A DNA stretch of 64,000 nt from Candidatus Woesearchaeota archaeon. Its GTDB lineage: Archaea; Nanobdellota; Nanobdellia; Woesearchaeales; GW2011-AR9. Position 1 is the stretch's first letter; each line of letters begins with the position of its first letter. The translations under genes and the position numbers were made by a program. The notes beneath the pieces were generated by a model that worked only from the letters and a program-made list of their open reading frames with translations, was not told where the DNA came from and made no database searches. The stretch lies in NCBI GenBank assembly GCA_016214025.1, contig JACRPH010000003.1, positions 1,814 through 65,813 of the forward strand. Direction: 5' to 3'. Positions 36,042-43,339 of this stretch are shown piece by piece.

Positions 36042-37025
36042 TTATTTGAAAACCAAATATGTATGATGAGTCATAGGACAAAGTTTACACCAGCCCGATC
36101 CCCCTTTACGGATTTTTTTCCAATTATCTGAATCCCACAATTCTTTTAGTGATTTTTTGTGTAGATTTCCAACAATTGGCTTATGAAAATACTCAATTGC
36201 ATTACAAGGGTGGATGTCGCCGTTGGCTAATATCAAAGCTAGACTTTTTCTATTTTTACAGTTGATTGAATTTGAACAGTTATAAATCCCTCGTGCTAAA
36301 TCAGAATATGAGACGCCCCATTTAAATAAATGGTTTAGATTCTTCAGGTTTTTTTGGAGTATAGTCCCTTTAAGTTCTTTTTTCAAATAATCTTGGCAAT
36401 TAGGAACGACTGTTTCTTTAAAATGAGTGATATCCTCTTTTGAGGGATGGTTGATATTATTGTAGCCTTCCAAATACGAAATAAACATTTTTTTTGGATT
36501 TTGTTTATGTGCTAATTTAATAAACTCCAAAAAATAAGCCATATTATCAACAGTTAATATCGTTTGTAAGTTTAACTCTATACTTGTTTTATGGATATTG
36601 TTCATCGCCAATAATGCTTTAGCAAAAGCGCCATCGTAAGACCGAATAGAATCATGTTTTGCTGGCGAAGCAGAATATAATGAAATTGTACAGGAATCTA
36701 ATTTTGCACTATTCAGATTTTGGACATATTTTTTATTTGCTAAAAGAATTCCGTTCGTATTTAAGTTTACTTTTAGACCCAAAGATTTAGCGTGTTTAAT
36801 TAAGTCTATAAGTCCACCATATAATGTTGGCTCACCACCACTAATGTGGACACTTTTGAGACCCAACTCCTTTCCCGTTTTTAATATTTTTTTCCAGTCT
36901 TTAAGAGACAATAACTTTTTTCCCTCATTCTTTTCATAAAGCTCCAACCGCGATTCACAAAAGTTACAACTACAATTACATCCTAAATTGGGTTTTATAA
37001 TCAAATATTTTAATTTTTCATTCAT
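36042..37025 (-). CDS. Radical SAM / SPASM-domain protein
   Basis: 'LGCNCSCNFCESR' is CxxxCxxC. 'HISGGEPTL' is also present. The C-terminal 'NGDIHPC...VGNL...SLKELW...WCKLCPM' is SPASM-like. ATG 37025 is preferred over 37064 because it avoids a 47-nt overlap. Confidence 0.75.
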   Translation of the reverse strand: MNEKLKYLIIKPNLGCNCSCNFCESRLELYEKNEGKKLLSLKDWKKILKTGKELGLKSVHISGGEPTLYGGLIDLIKHAKSLGLKVNLNTNGILLANKKYVQNLNSAKLDSCTISLYSASPAKHDSIRSYDGAFAKALLAMNNIHKTSIELNLQTILTVDNMAYFLEFIKLAHKQNPKKMFISYLEGYNNINHPSKEDITHFKETVVPNCQDYLKKELKGTILQKNLKNLNHLFKWGVSYSDLARGIYNCSNSINCKNRKSLALILANGDIHPCNAIEYFHKPIVGNLHKKSLKELWDSDNWKKIRKGGSGWCKLCPMTHHTYLVFK

Positions 37026-38178
37026 TTTCTTTACCAAATAATGTTTCGTAATATTGGGTAGCAATTGTTTCGGGAGACAAATATTTTTTAATACTGCTTA
37101 AAGATGGTTTCTCATTCTTTTTATTGTTTTGCCAGATGAAATATCTTTCTCGTAATTTATTAATAAACTTTTTTTTGTTACCTAACTTTATTAAAGTGAA
37201 ATATTTTGGGTCATAGTATTTTAATACAATTCTGGTTCCGGGGACATCATAGCAAATGATATGCATTCCAGAACAACAAGCTTCAAGTATTGAGTTACAA
37301 AATCCTTCTCGATAGGAGGTAAAAAGAAATATATCTGCTATTTTATATATCATTGGCATGTCTTTTTCGTTAAATGGTCCGATGAATCTAATGTTTTGTA
37401 TGTTCTTATTTTCAACAAGTTTTTTGATTTTTTTTAAATATTTTTTACCCAAATAACAATCGATACCAACAATGAATAAAGTCCCTTTAATTTTTGACCT
37501 GTTCCAAATATCAATTAAATCTTCTAAGTGTTTAATTGGGTCTAATCTTCCCGTCCAGAGTGCAATGAATTCTTTTTCTTTAACACCTAATCTTTTTTGA
37601 AAAACCAATCCCTTTTTCTGCGAATCATTGGCAAATCTCTGGAGGTCTAATAAGTTTGGGATGTAACGGCAAGAAATATTATATTTATTACACCCATTTA
37701 TTTCTTTTTTGATTTCCGGGTTGATGGCAATTATTTTTTTAACATTACTAATCTTCTTTAAGCGAGCCTCCCTGCCATAGATAACATCAAAGAAATCTTT
37801 ACTTGTAGCTATCCTAAGGAAAATTTCTTTTCCAAAATTAGATAACTCTTTGATTAAGTTAAGTTGATCATCAATCAGAGTTTCATATTCTAAACCAATA
37901 ATTAATATTTTTCTGATGTTTAAATTCTTACTTAATTTGGTAGCTTTCTTCCAAAAAGTTTTTCTTTTCCCGCCAATTCTTATTATTTTAATTCCCCCAT
38001 CTAATTTTTGCTTAACTGTTTCCCTTCCTTCCTCTGGTCCAGGTACGATAAAAGTAATATCCCCATTGTAAAATTTTTTAAGAGACCTGTACAATCTATA
38101 AGTAAAATTTTGTAAACCCCCGTATGTGGGAAAGAAATACTGCGGGATTATTATCAACTCATTCTTTTGTTTTATCAT
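37018..38178 (-). CDS. GT4-family (GT-B) glycosyltransferase
   Basis: N-terminus 'IIPQYFFPTYGGLQNF' and C-terminus 'FLFTSYREGFCNSILEACCSGMHIICYDVPG' (EX7E region). Confidence 0.75.
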   Translation of the reverse strand: MIKQKNELIIIPQYFFPTYGGLQNFTYRLYRSLKKFYNGDITFIVPGPEEGRETVKQKLDGGIKIIRIGGKRKTFWKKATKLSKNLNIRKILIIGLEYETLIDDQLNLIKELSNFGKEIFLRIATSKDFFDVIYGREARLKKISNVKKIIAINPEIKKEINGCNKYNISCRYIPNLLDLQRFANDSQKKGLVFQKRLGVKEKEFIALWTGRLDPIKHLEDLIDIWNRSKIKGTLFIVGIDCYLGKKYLKKIKKLVENKNIQNIRFIGPFNEKDMPMIYKIADIFLFTSYREGFCNSILEACCSGMHIICYDVPGTRIVLKYYDPKYFTLIKLGNKKKFINKLRERYFIWQNNKKNEKPSLSSIKKYLSPETIATQYYETLFGKENE

Positions 38179-38272
38179 TTAGTTAGTTGATTTATTCGAC
38201 AATATTTAAGTTTTTCTATCAGAAAGTGGTGATTAACCGGTTTATGGTGGGAACCAGTTTATTCTTTGGGGC

Positions 38273-38298
38273 CAGGTGCTGGCAGAATTGTGCATTTG
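38273..38298 (+). repeat. Right copy of the 26-bp direct repeat
   Basis: Identical to 33656-33681; non-coding here. Confidence 0.85.
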
Positions 38299-38392
38299 TG
38301 GTTAAAAACTATCGTAAGGTTTATATAGAAACTTTCTTTTGTCATTCTTTAAATAATAGTCATAAAGCTAAATCAAAAGAGGTGCATGGAAA

Positions 38393-38734
38393 ATGGGTTC
38401 TAAGAAAGGGATGGAGATGTCCATAAGCGTAATTATCGTAGCCGTACTAGCTTTAGTTATATTAGTAGTGTTGCTGGCTATTTTTATGGGGAAAATAACT
38501 GGGTTTGAGAAAGGAGTAAGCAAAGAGGCCCAGACCGAATTAATTACGATGAAGATAACCTATGGTAATTGCCGTCCTTTGGCTAGTGCAGAAACCGCCT
38601 TTACCACCGATTTAAGCAAAGCGGAAACCGATGATGCCAAAGAATTTATCAAAGCCAATTTTAAAGACGCTATTAGCTCGTGCAAGACCAACACTGAAAA
38701 AGCCAACTGTGCCGGGAATTGCGTGTGGGGTTAA
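38393..38734 (+). CDS. Small pilin-like protein with a Cys-containing C-terminus (113 aa)
   Basis: N-terminus 'MGSKKGMEMSISVIIVAVLALVILVVLLAIF'. C-terminus 'SSCKTNTEKANCAGNCVWG'. TATA-like 'tttatata' at 38320-38327. Confidence 0.55.
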   Translation: MGSKKGMEMSISVIIVAVLALVILVVLLAIFMGKITGFEKGVSKEAQTELITMKITYGNCRPLASAETAFTTDLSKAETDDAKEFIKANFKDAISSCKTNTEKANCAGNCVWG

Positions 38735-38763
38735 GCAGGATAAGCTAAATGAGGCGAATTAAC

Positions 38764-39072
38764 ATGAATAAAAAAGCTGACGCCAATATGTGGTGGATAA
38801 TCATTGGAGCAGTGATAGCTTTAGTGGTGCTGATAATCCTGATGGTGATATTTACCACGAAGACCGGAAAATTGGAAGGGGGGTTGTCTGAATGCGGGGG
38901 TAAGAGTGGTGTGTGTGTGTCCGGGGGCATCTGTCCAAAGTCTACGTTAGAATCATCAGCATTTACTTGTAGCAGTTCTTCTGCTATCTGCTGTATTGGC
39001 TCGCCCAAGAAAAGCCCGTGTAATTCTGTTGATGAATATGAAGGCGAAGGCGGTTATTGCTTTGGAAAGTGA
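38764..39072 (+). CDS. Small pilin-like Cys-rich protein (102 aa; alternative start 38749)
   Basis: N-terminus 'MNKKADANMWWIIIGAVIALVVLIILMVIF'. C-terminus has 9 Cys ('CGGKSGVCVSGGICP...AICCIG'). Confidence 0.55.
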   Translation: MNKKADANMWWIIIGAVIALVVLIILMVIFTTKTGKLEGGLSECGGKSGVCVSGGICPKSTLESSAFTCSSSSAICCIGSPKKSPCNSVDEYEGEGGYCFGK

Positions 39073-39074
39073 GA

Positions 39075-39206
39075 ATGCTTAACAAAAAAGGCGTGGATTG
39101 GAGCAGTCCGGAAACACTGGTGACGATTTTGCTAATCGTTTTATTGGCTTTAATTTTCTTTTTTGTATTCATTCGCGGGAAAATAGGAGGAATACTTAAA
39201 ATATGA
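39075..39206 (+). CDS. Micro-ORF (43 aa) with a pilin-like N-terminus; not in the supplied ORF track
   Basis: Hand translation 'MLNKKGVDWSSPETLVTILLIVLLALIFFFVFIRGKIGGILKI*'. Its TGA overlaps the next ATG as ATGA (39203-39206). Confidence 0.45.
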   Translation: MLNKKGVDWSSPETLVTILLIVLLALIFFFVFIRGKIGGILKI

Positions 39207-39367
39207 ATAAAAAAGCGGGTTTATGGAAAAGCAAAAAAGGGATGGAAATGTGGATGTTGGTGCTGATGATATTAGCAATTATATTATTATTATTTGTATT
39301 AGGATGGTATTATGGATTGAGTAAAAGCGGTGGAAGTCTGCTGGACAAGGTGAGTAATCTGCTATGA
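39203..39367 (+). CDS. Micro-ORF (54 aa) with a pilin-like N-terminus; not in the supplied ORF track
   Basis: Hand translation 'MNKKAGLWKSKKGMEMWMLVLMILAIILLLFVLGWYYGLSKSGGSLLDKVSNLL*'. ATGA overlap with the next gene at 39364-39367. Confidence 0.45.
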   Translation: MNKKAGLWKSKKGMEMWMLVLMILAIILLLFVLGWYYGLSKSGGSLLDKVSNLL

Positions 39368-40137
39368 ATATGGCTTGGAATAAAATTGGTACTATTGTCA
39401 TTGCGGTAGTAGTGATGCTTATATTGTGGGCAATTTATTTTCCAAGTGGAGGAATGTTTGACAATCTAAAAGAACTAGTTAAAGGAGTAGCAGAATATGC
39501 CCCGAACGTTTCTATTGGAATGAACGAGTTGAACGCTTCCGGGGTAGCCCTTCCCGGAGAACAAGGCGCAGAAGTTAGTGCATTAAAATCAGCCATAGAA
39601 GGTATGCTTTCCAGCAACAAAACCAACTGCTTTGGCAGCTTTGGCGGGTTTGAGAGTGAACTTGGAAACAGTGACAAATCAACTAATATTAATATCTATT
39701 ACAACAATGATCCTCAATCTATGAAGATAGTTATATCTAATCAAAATGGGCAGGTATATAAAATATTCAACTTTAATAATACGCACCCGTGTGTGATTGC
39801 CGGGAGAAGTAATGAAGCAAAGAATTTCTATGCTCATTATATTGACGGAGAGCAATTAGTAAGTCCTTATTCTAGCACCGTCCAAGGCTTAACTATTTTT
39901 TATCAGAAAGAATGGACGAGCTATAACGGAAATACGATAAGAGTTATGGGTTGGCCAGAAGATGGCCCAGTTAATGATGAGGGAAATAATTTTGACAATA
40001 GTGGATTACTGTTTAAAGGGGGGGGCAATGAAATTTGTTTCTTTCCAACTAATAAACATATTAATGCTGACGATGATGGAATAGAAGATGATTACGTTAA
40101 ACAGCTAAAAGAGGATGGAGCTAATCTTTGCTCATAA
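39364..40137 (+). CDS. N-terminally anchored secreted protein (257 aa)
   Basis: N-terminus 'MNMAWNKIGTIVIAVVVMLILWAIYF'. Confidence 0.5.
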   Translation: MNMAWNKIGTIVIAVVVMLILWAIYFPSGGMFDNLKELVKGVAEYAPNVSIGMNELNASGVALPGEQGAEVSALKSAIEGMLSSNKTNCFGSFGGFESELGNSDKSTNINIYYNNDPQSMKIVISNQNGQVYKIFNFNNTHPCVIAGRSNEAKNFYAHYIDGEQLVSPYSSTVQGLTIFYQKEWTSYNGNTIRVMGWPEDGPVNDEGNNFDNSGLLFKGGGNEICFFPTNKHINADDDGIEDDYVKQLKEDGANLCS

Positions 40138-40141
40138 TAAC

Positions 40142-41128
40142 ATGTTATTCAAACTCTCCAAAAAAGGCATGGAAGCGGGATTTTTAGTAGTCTTAATCAT
40201 AACTATTGCTTCATTCATACTTATTGCTGGCGTAGTAATGCGGTTTATGTCTTCGGCTGATGATAAGGAAGCAGAAATTTTGTGCCATGATAGTGTTTTA
40301 ATGCGGGCGCAAAGTGTAGTAAATATTGACACTACTTTAGCTGATGCAGAAATTAAAATAGTTCCAACCATGTGTAAAACCATCGACAAAAAGATTAAGG
40401 GCGATAGAGAAGAGCTGAAACGCCAGATAGCAGATAAAATGGCTCGCTGCTGGTGGATGTTTGGTGAAGGAAAGTATGAAGAAATACTGGCTGGCTCTAA
40501 TGTTGATGTGCTTCCTTCGGTGTTTGGGACGGAAAATCAGGAAAATCAGTGTTTTAACTGCTACAATTTAATGATTGATGAAGATAAGATTGAGGGAGGA
40601 TCTATTACTGGAACGGAGATGAACGAGTTTATGTACAACGAAAAATATTCCCGAACTAATGCTACCTACATGGAATACATCCAAAGTTATGGTGGGCCGG
40701 GAAGAGTGGTATTTACTGCAGCCGATATTTCACCCAGAGAAGCGTATGCTCTGTCTTTCCTGCCCAAAAATAAAGAATATGACGAGAAGTCTTTTTGGTC
40801 GGGGGTAGGAAAAGTAGTTATAGGTGGGGCGGTAGTAATTGGGGTCGCTGCCGGAGCGGTTTGTATTGTTAGTACTGCTGGAATATGCACTGCTGTCGTT
40901 GGACCTTTAGCTGCGGTGGCCACGGGAACAACAGGAATCGGGCTGACTATACTGGCCGCCCCCACAACCGTCGCAGTAGGAACTGCCGCCGCTGCAGTAA
41001 TAGCTACTACCGGCTATTGGGATATCATGGATGGAATGTACGCTGAGCGGGAGGTTAGTTCAGTTTATGTGGGATATTTGGCTGTAGGAGAGAAAATGTG
41101 CGGCTCTGGTGACATCGCAGGAGAATAA
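40142..41128 (+). CDS. Pilin-like N-terminus plus a Gly/Ala/Val-rich C-terminal membrane region (328 aa)
   Basis: From ATG 40142: 'MLFKLSKKGMEAGFLVVLIITIASFILIAGVV'. C-terminus 'VVIGGAVVIGVAAGAVCIVSTAGICTAVVGPLAAVATGTTGIGLTILAAP'. Confidence 0.5.
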   Translation: MLFKLSKKGMEAGFLVVLIITIASFILIAGVVMRFMSSADDKEAEILCHDSVLMRAQSVVNIDTTLADAEIKIVPTMCKTIDKKIKGDREELKRQIADKMARCWWMFGEGKYEEILAGSNVDVLPSVFGTENQENQCFNCYNLMIDEDKIEGGSITGTEMNEFMYNEKYSRTNATYMEYIQSYGGPGRVVFTAADISPREAYALSFLPKNKEYDEKSFWSGVGKVVIGGAVVIGVAAGAVCIVSTAGICTAVVGPLAAVATGTTGIGLTILAAPTTVAVGTAAAAVIATTGYWDIMDGMYAEREVSSVYVGYLAVGEKMCGSGDIAGE

Positions 41129-41158
41129 ATAATAAAAAATAAAAAGGTGAAACATAAC

Positions 41159-41467
41159 ATGAAACTTTCAACCAAAGCCGATGCCAACATGTGGTGGATA
41201 ATTGCCATTGCTATTTTAGTTTTACTAGTGGTAATCCTTATACTAATGTGGTTCCGAGGAAGCGGCGATAGGGCTTTTGGAGAGGTCGGTAAGAAGATTG
41301 GCAACTTAGAAGATTGCGATAATGATAACGTCGCTAATATGTGGGATAAATGCCCATGTGCTCCTGCCGGAAACAATCCTGAATTTGAAGGCTGTCCTGA
41401 TTCAATTAAAAAAGATGCCCCTAAAGAGACCCCTGAGTTTACCAATAAAGATTGTTGCAGTAAGTAA
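41159..41467 (+). CDS. Small pilin-like Cys-rich protein (102 aa)
   Basis: From ATG 41159 (SD-like 'aggtga' upstream): 'MKLSTKADANMWWIIAIAILVLLVVILILMWF'. 'DCDNDNVANMWDKCPCAPAG' resembles the TSP3-like repeat in the giant protein. Confidence 0.55.
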   Translation: MKLSTKADANMWWIIAIAILVLLVVILILMWFRGSGDRAFGEVGKKIGNLEDCDNDNVANMWDKCPCAPAGNNPEFEGCPDSIKKDAPKETPEFTNKDCCSK

Positions 41468-41493
41468 AAATAAAATAATTAAAAAGATGCCCC

Positions 41494-42156
41494 ATGAACA
41501 AAAAAGCTATAATGGTTTCGTTTTTAACTACGCTTATTCTAGCTTTAATCATCTTCGTTCCGGCGTGCATGGGGGTGTCCAAGTTTTTCCGCTTGAGCGA
41601 CCAGGCTAAAGATAATTTTAACAATTTTGTAAAAGAGATCCAATCGCTGGCAAAAGATGGAAAAGAAGGCGAGAATCGCAATGATGTATTGATATTAGAC
41701 CAAGCCACCGCCGCAGTTTATTTTGAGCCGAATTCAGAAGAGGTTAAAGTAGAAGTAAATGCAGATTTTTGGTCGTGGAACTTTCCTACCGATTACACCA
41801 TTTATATTAAACCTCCGGGAAAGTGCGAAAAGGGAAAAGGGTGCTTATGTTTAATTCGCAAAGCCAAGTTTGATGCTACGTGGTGGGAACTGGCCCCTAG
41901 TAAAGTAATAATAACCGAGGATACCTCCACCCCTGCTATTTGTAAAACAGTTGACACTAAATTGATATTAAGCAAATGTGGAATTGGTGTTCCTACTAAA
42001 GTTAAGTCTTACACTTGCTCCGGCGGGTTTATGATAGAAAGGCAACTAGCTAAAGATTCCAGTTGGATTACCGTTTCTTACTACGAAGCCAATCGCAGAA
42101 CCTTCTTCGTTCTAACTAAAGCCGGAGATTCCATCAAGCTTACCCCCCAAACATGA
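41494..42156 (+). CDS. Class III signal peptide (pilin-like) protein
   Basis: N-terminus 'MNKKAIMVSFLTTLILALIIFVPAC'. Confidence 0.5.
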   Translation: MNKKAIMVSFLTTLILALIIFVPACMGVSKFFRLSDQAKDNFNNFVKEIQSLAKDGKEGENRNDVLILDQATAAVYFEPNSEEVKVEVNADFWSWNFPTDYTIYIKPPGKCEKGKGCLCLIRKAKFDATWWELAPSKVIITEDTSTPAICKTVDTKLILSKCGIGVPTKVKSYTCSGGFMIERQLAKDSSWITVSYYEANRRTFFVLTKAGDSIKLTPQT

Positions 42157-42557
42157 ACCGCAAAGCTTCTTCAATTCTGGTAATGATTATAGAAATCCTC
42201 GCCGTATTAGTGGTAGGAGTGATGATAACCAAGTATGCAGTTACTATTGCCCATTCCGAGACGGTAACTAAAATTAATTTGGCTAACAATTTACAGATGA
42301 TGATGAATACGTTAGTAGCCACTCCCGGAGATGCAGTAGTGGCATACCCTTACAATGCGTCTAAATTTAATTTGATTTTATCCCAAAGCAGCGTTACGGT
42401 AACTCAGCCTAACGATTTAAATGTAGAAAAGATAATTCGAGGGTTTAATCTTCCTGCGGGTTATGAAGCATTAGGTGTATTAGAACAGAAAGATAAAGCA
42501 TGCTTGGAAAAAAAATCAACTCGGATAATCTTAAGGGAATGCAATACCGGTGAATAA
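42153..42557 (+). CDS. Class III signal peptide (pilin-like) protein
   Basis: N-terminus 'MNRKASSILVMIIEILAVLVVGVMI'. 4-nt overlap with the upstream gene. Confidence 0.5.
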   Translation: MNRKASSILVMIIEILAVLVVGVMITKYAVTIAHSETVTKINLANNLQMMMNTLVATPGDAVVAYPYNASKFNLILSQSSVTVTQPNDLNVEKIIRGFNLPAGYEALGVLEQKDKACLEKKSTRIILRECNTGE

Positions 42558-42562
42558 TAAAA

Positions 42563-43039
42563 ATGTCAGAAGGCATGTTTGATTTTACCCGAAAAACCAT
42601 CTTTTGGACGCTTGCCGGAGTAGTTATTACTATTGTCGTATTTGCATTTGTGTTAGGAATTAGCGGTTATTTGAATAAATTGACTTACGTTCCGGAGAAA
42701 TTGCGGGCAGAGTTTATTTCGTTGCGTTTCGCCAATATTCCCGAGTGTTTTGCATATCAAGACCCAGAAACCGGCAGAGTTTATCCCGGAATTATTGACC
42801 TTTCCAAATTTACCAATGACCAGATGAATTTAAGCTGTTATCACACTGAATCGGAAAAAGGCTATGAAGAGCATAATTTCCGGTTGAAACTAATGAAAAA
42901 CGGAGCAGAAGTGCGTTCCAACAATTACTTCCATAAAGACAGTTTTACTTTATTCAGGAAAGTGTTGGTTAAAATGAATAACACTAATCAGACTCTTACT
43001 GAAGATGAGATGTACATATTCGTACAGGTGAAAATATGA
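42563..43039 (+). CDS. N-terminally anchored protein (158 aa)
   Basis: N-terminus 'MSEGMFDFTRKTIFWTLAGVVITIVVFAFVLG'. Confidence 0.45.
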   Translation: MSEGMFDFTRKTIFWTLAGVVITIVVFAFVLGISGYLNKLTYVPEKLRAEFISLRFANIPECFAYQDPETGRVYPGIIDLSKFTNDQMNLSCYHTESEKGYEEHNFRLKLMKNGAEVRSNNYFHKDSFTLFRKVLVKMNNTNQTLTEDEMYIFVQVKI

Positions 43040-43338
43040 TTCAATCCAAAAAAGCCATGATGGACGACCTGTTTGATTTCCTGTTTTTAGTAATTGTAAT
43101 GATGTTTATCATGTTTTATTTTCAAGTGAGCGTTATTGGGGCCATAGATAAGAAGAACGAGCAAAGCTTGGTGTTAGCAGATAGGAACGGAAAGGTGGAT
43201 GATTATTTAATTCAGAATAGAATTGATTTAGAGCACAATAAAACAATCGAAACCGAAATGCTTAATACCAAAGTTAAGGAAATTTATGCCGGGAAAGATA
43301 ACCTGCCATTGCTGCCGGACAGCGCGTTGAGGTCGTAG
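43036..43338 (+). CDS. Class III signal peptide (pilin-like) protein (100 aa)
   Basis: N-terminus 'MIQSKKAMMDDLFDFLFLVIVMMFIMFYF'. 4-nt overlap upstream. Confidence 0.5.
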   Translation: MIQSKKAMMDDLFDFLFLVIVMMFIMFYFQVSVIGAIDKKNEQSLVLADRNGKVDDYLIQNRIDLEHNKTIETEMLNTKVKEIYAGKDNLPLLPDSALRS

Positions 43339-43339
43339 C

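Larger units (their letters stand above)
33682..38272 (-). mobile_element. 4.6-kb opposite-strand island inserted in the pilin-like locus (no integrase seen)
   Basis: Bounded by the 26-bp direct repeat. Five minus-strand genes interrupt an otherwise all-plus locus. Somewhat more AT-rich in hand-counted lines. Confidence 0.5.

Noticed and set aside
33682-38272. Calling the radical-SAM island a RiPP biosynthetic cluster
   Set aside because: No obvious precursor-peptide ORF, protease or transporter accompanies the two radical SAM genes. The glycosyltransferase and phosphatases point equally to sugar chemistry, so this is left open.
38187-38426. 79-aa ORF spanning the right island junction
   Set aside because: It runs across the 26-bp repeat, a TATA-like box and the start of the pilin-like gene 38393. 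The translation has no features and is most likely non-coding.
16523-39367. Genome-wide reassignment of TGA, prompted by the in-frame TGA at 61690
   Set aside because: TGA serves as the terminal codon at several coupled ATGA junctions (16523-16526, 16747-16750, 29034-29037, 39203-39206, 39364-39367), where the upstream proteins end sensibly. The standard code fits the window.
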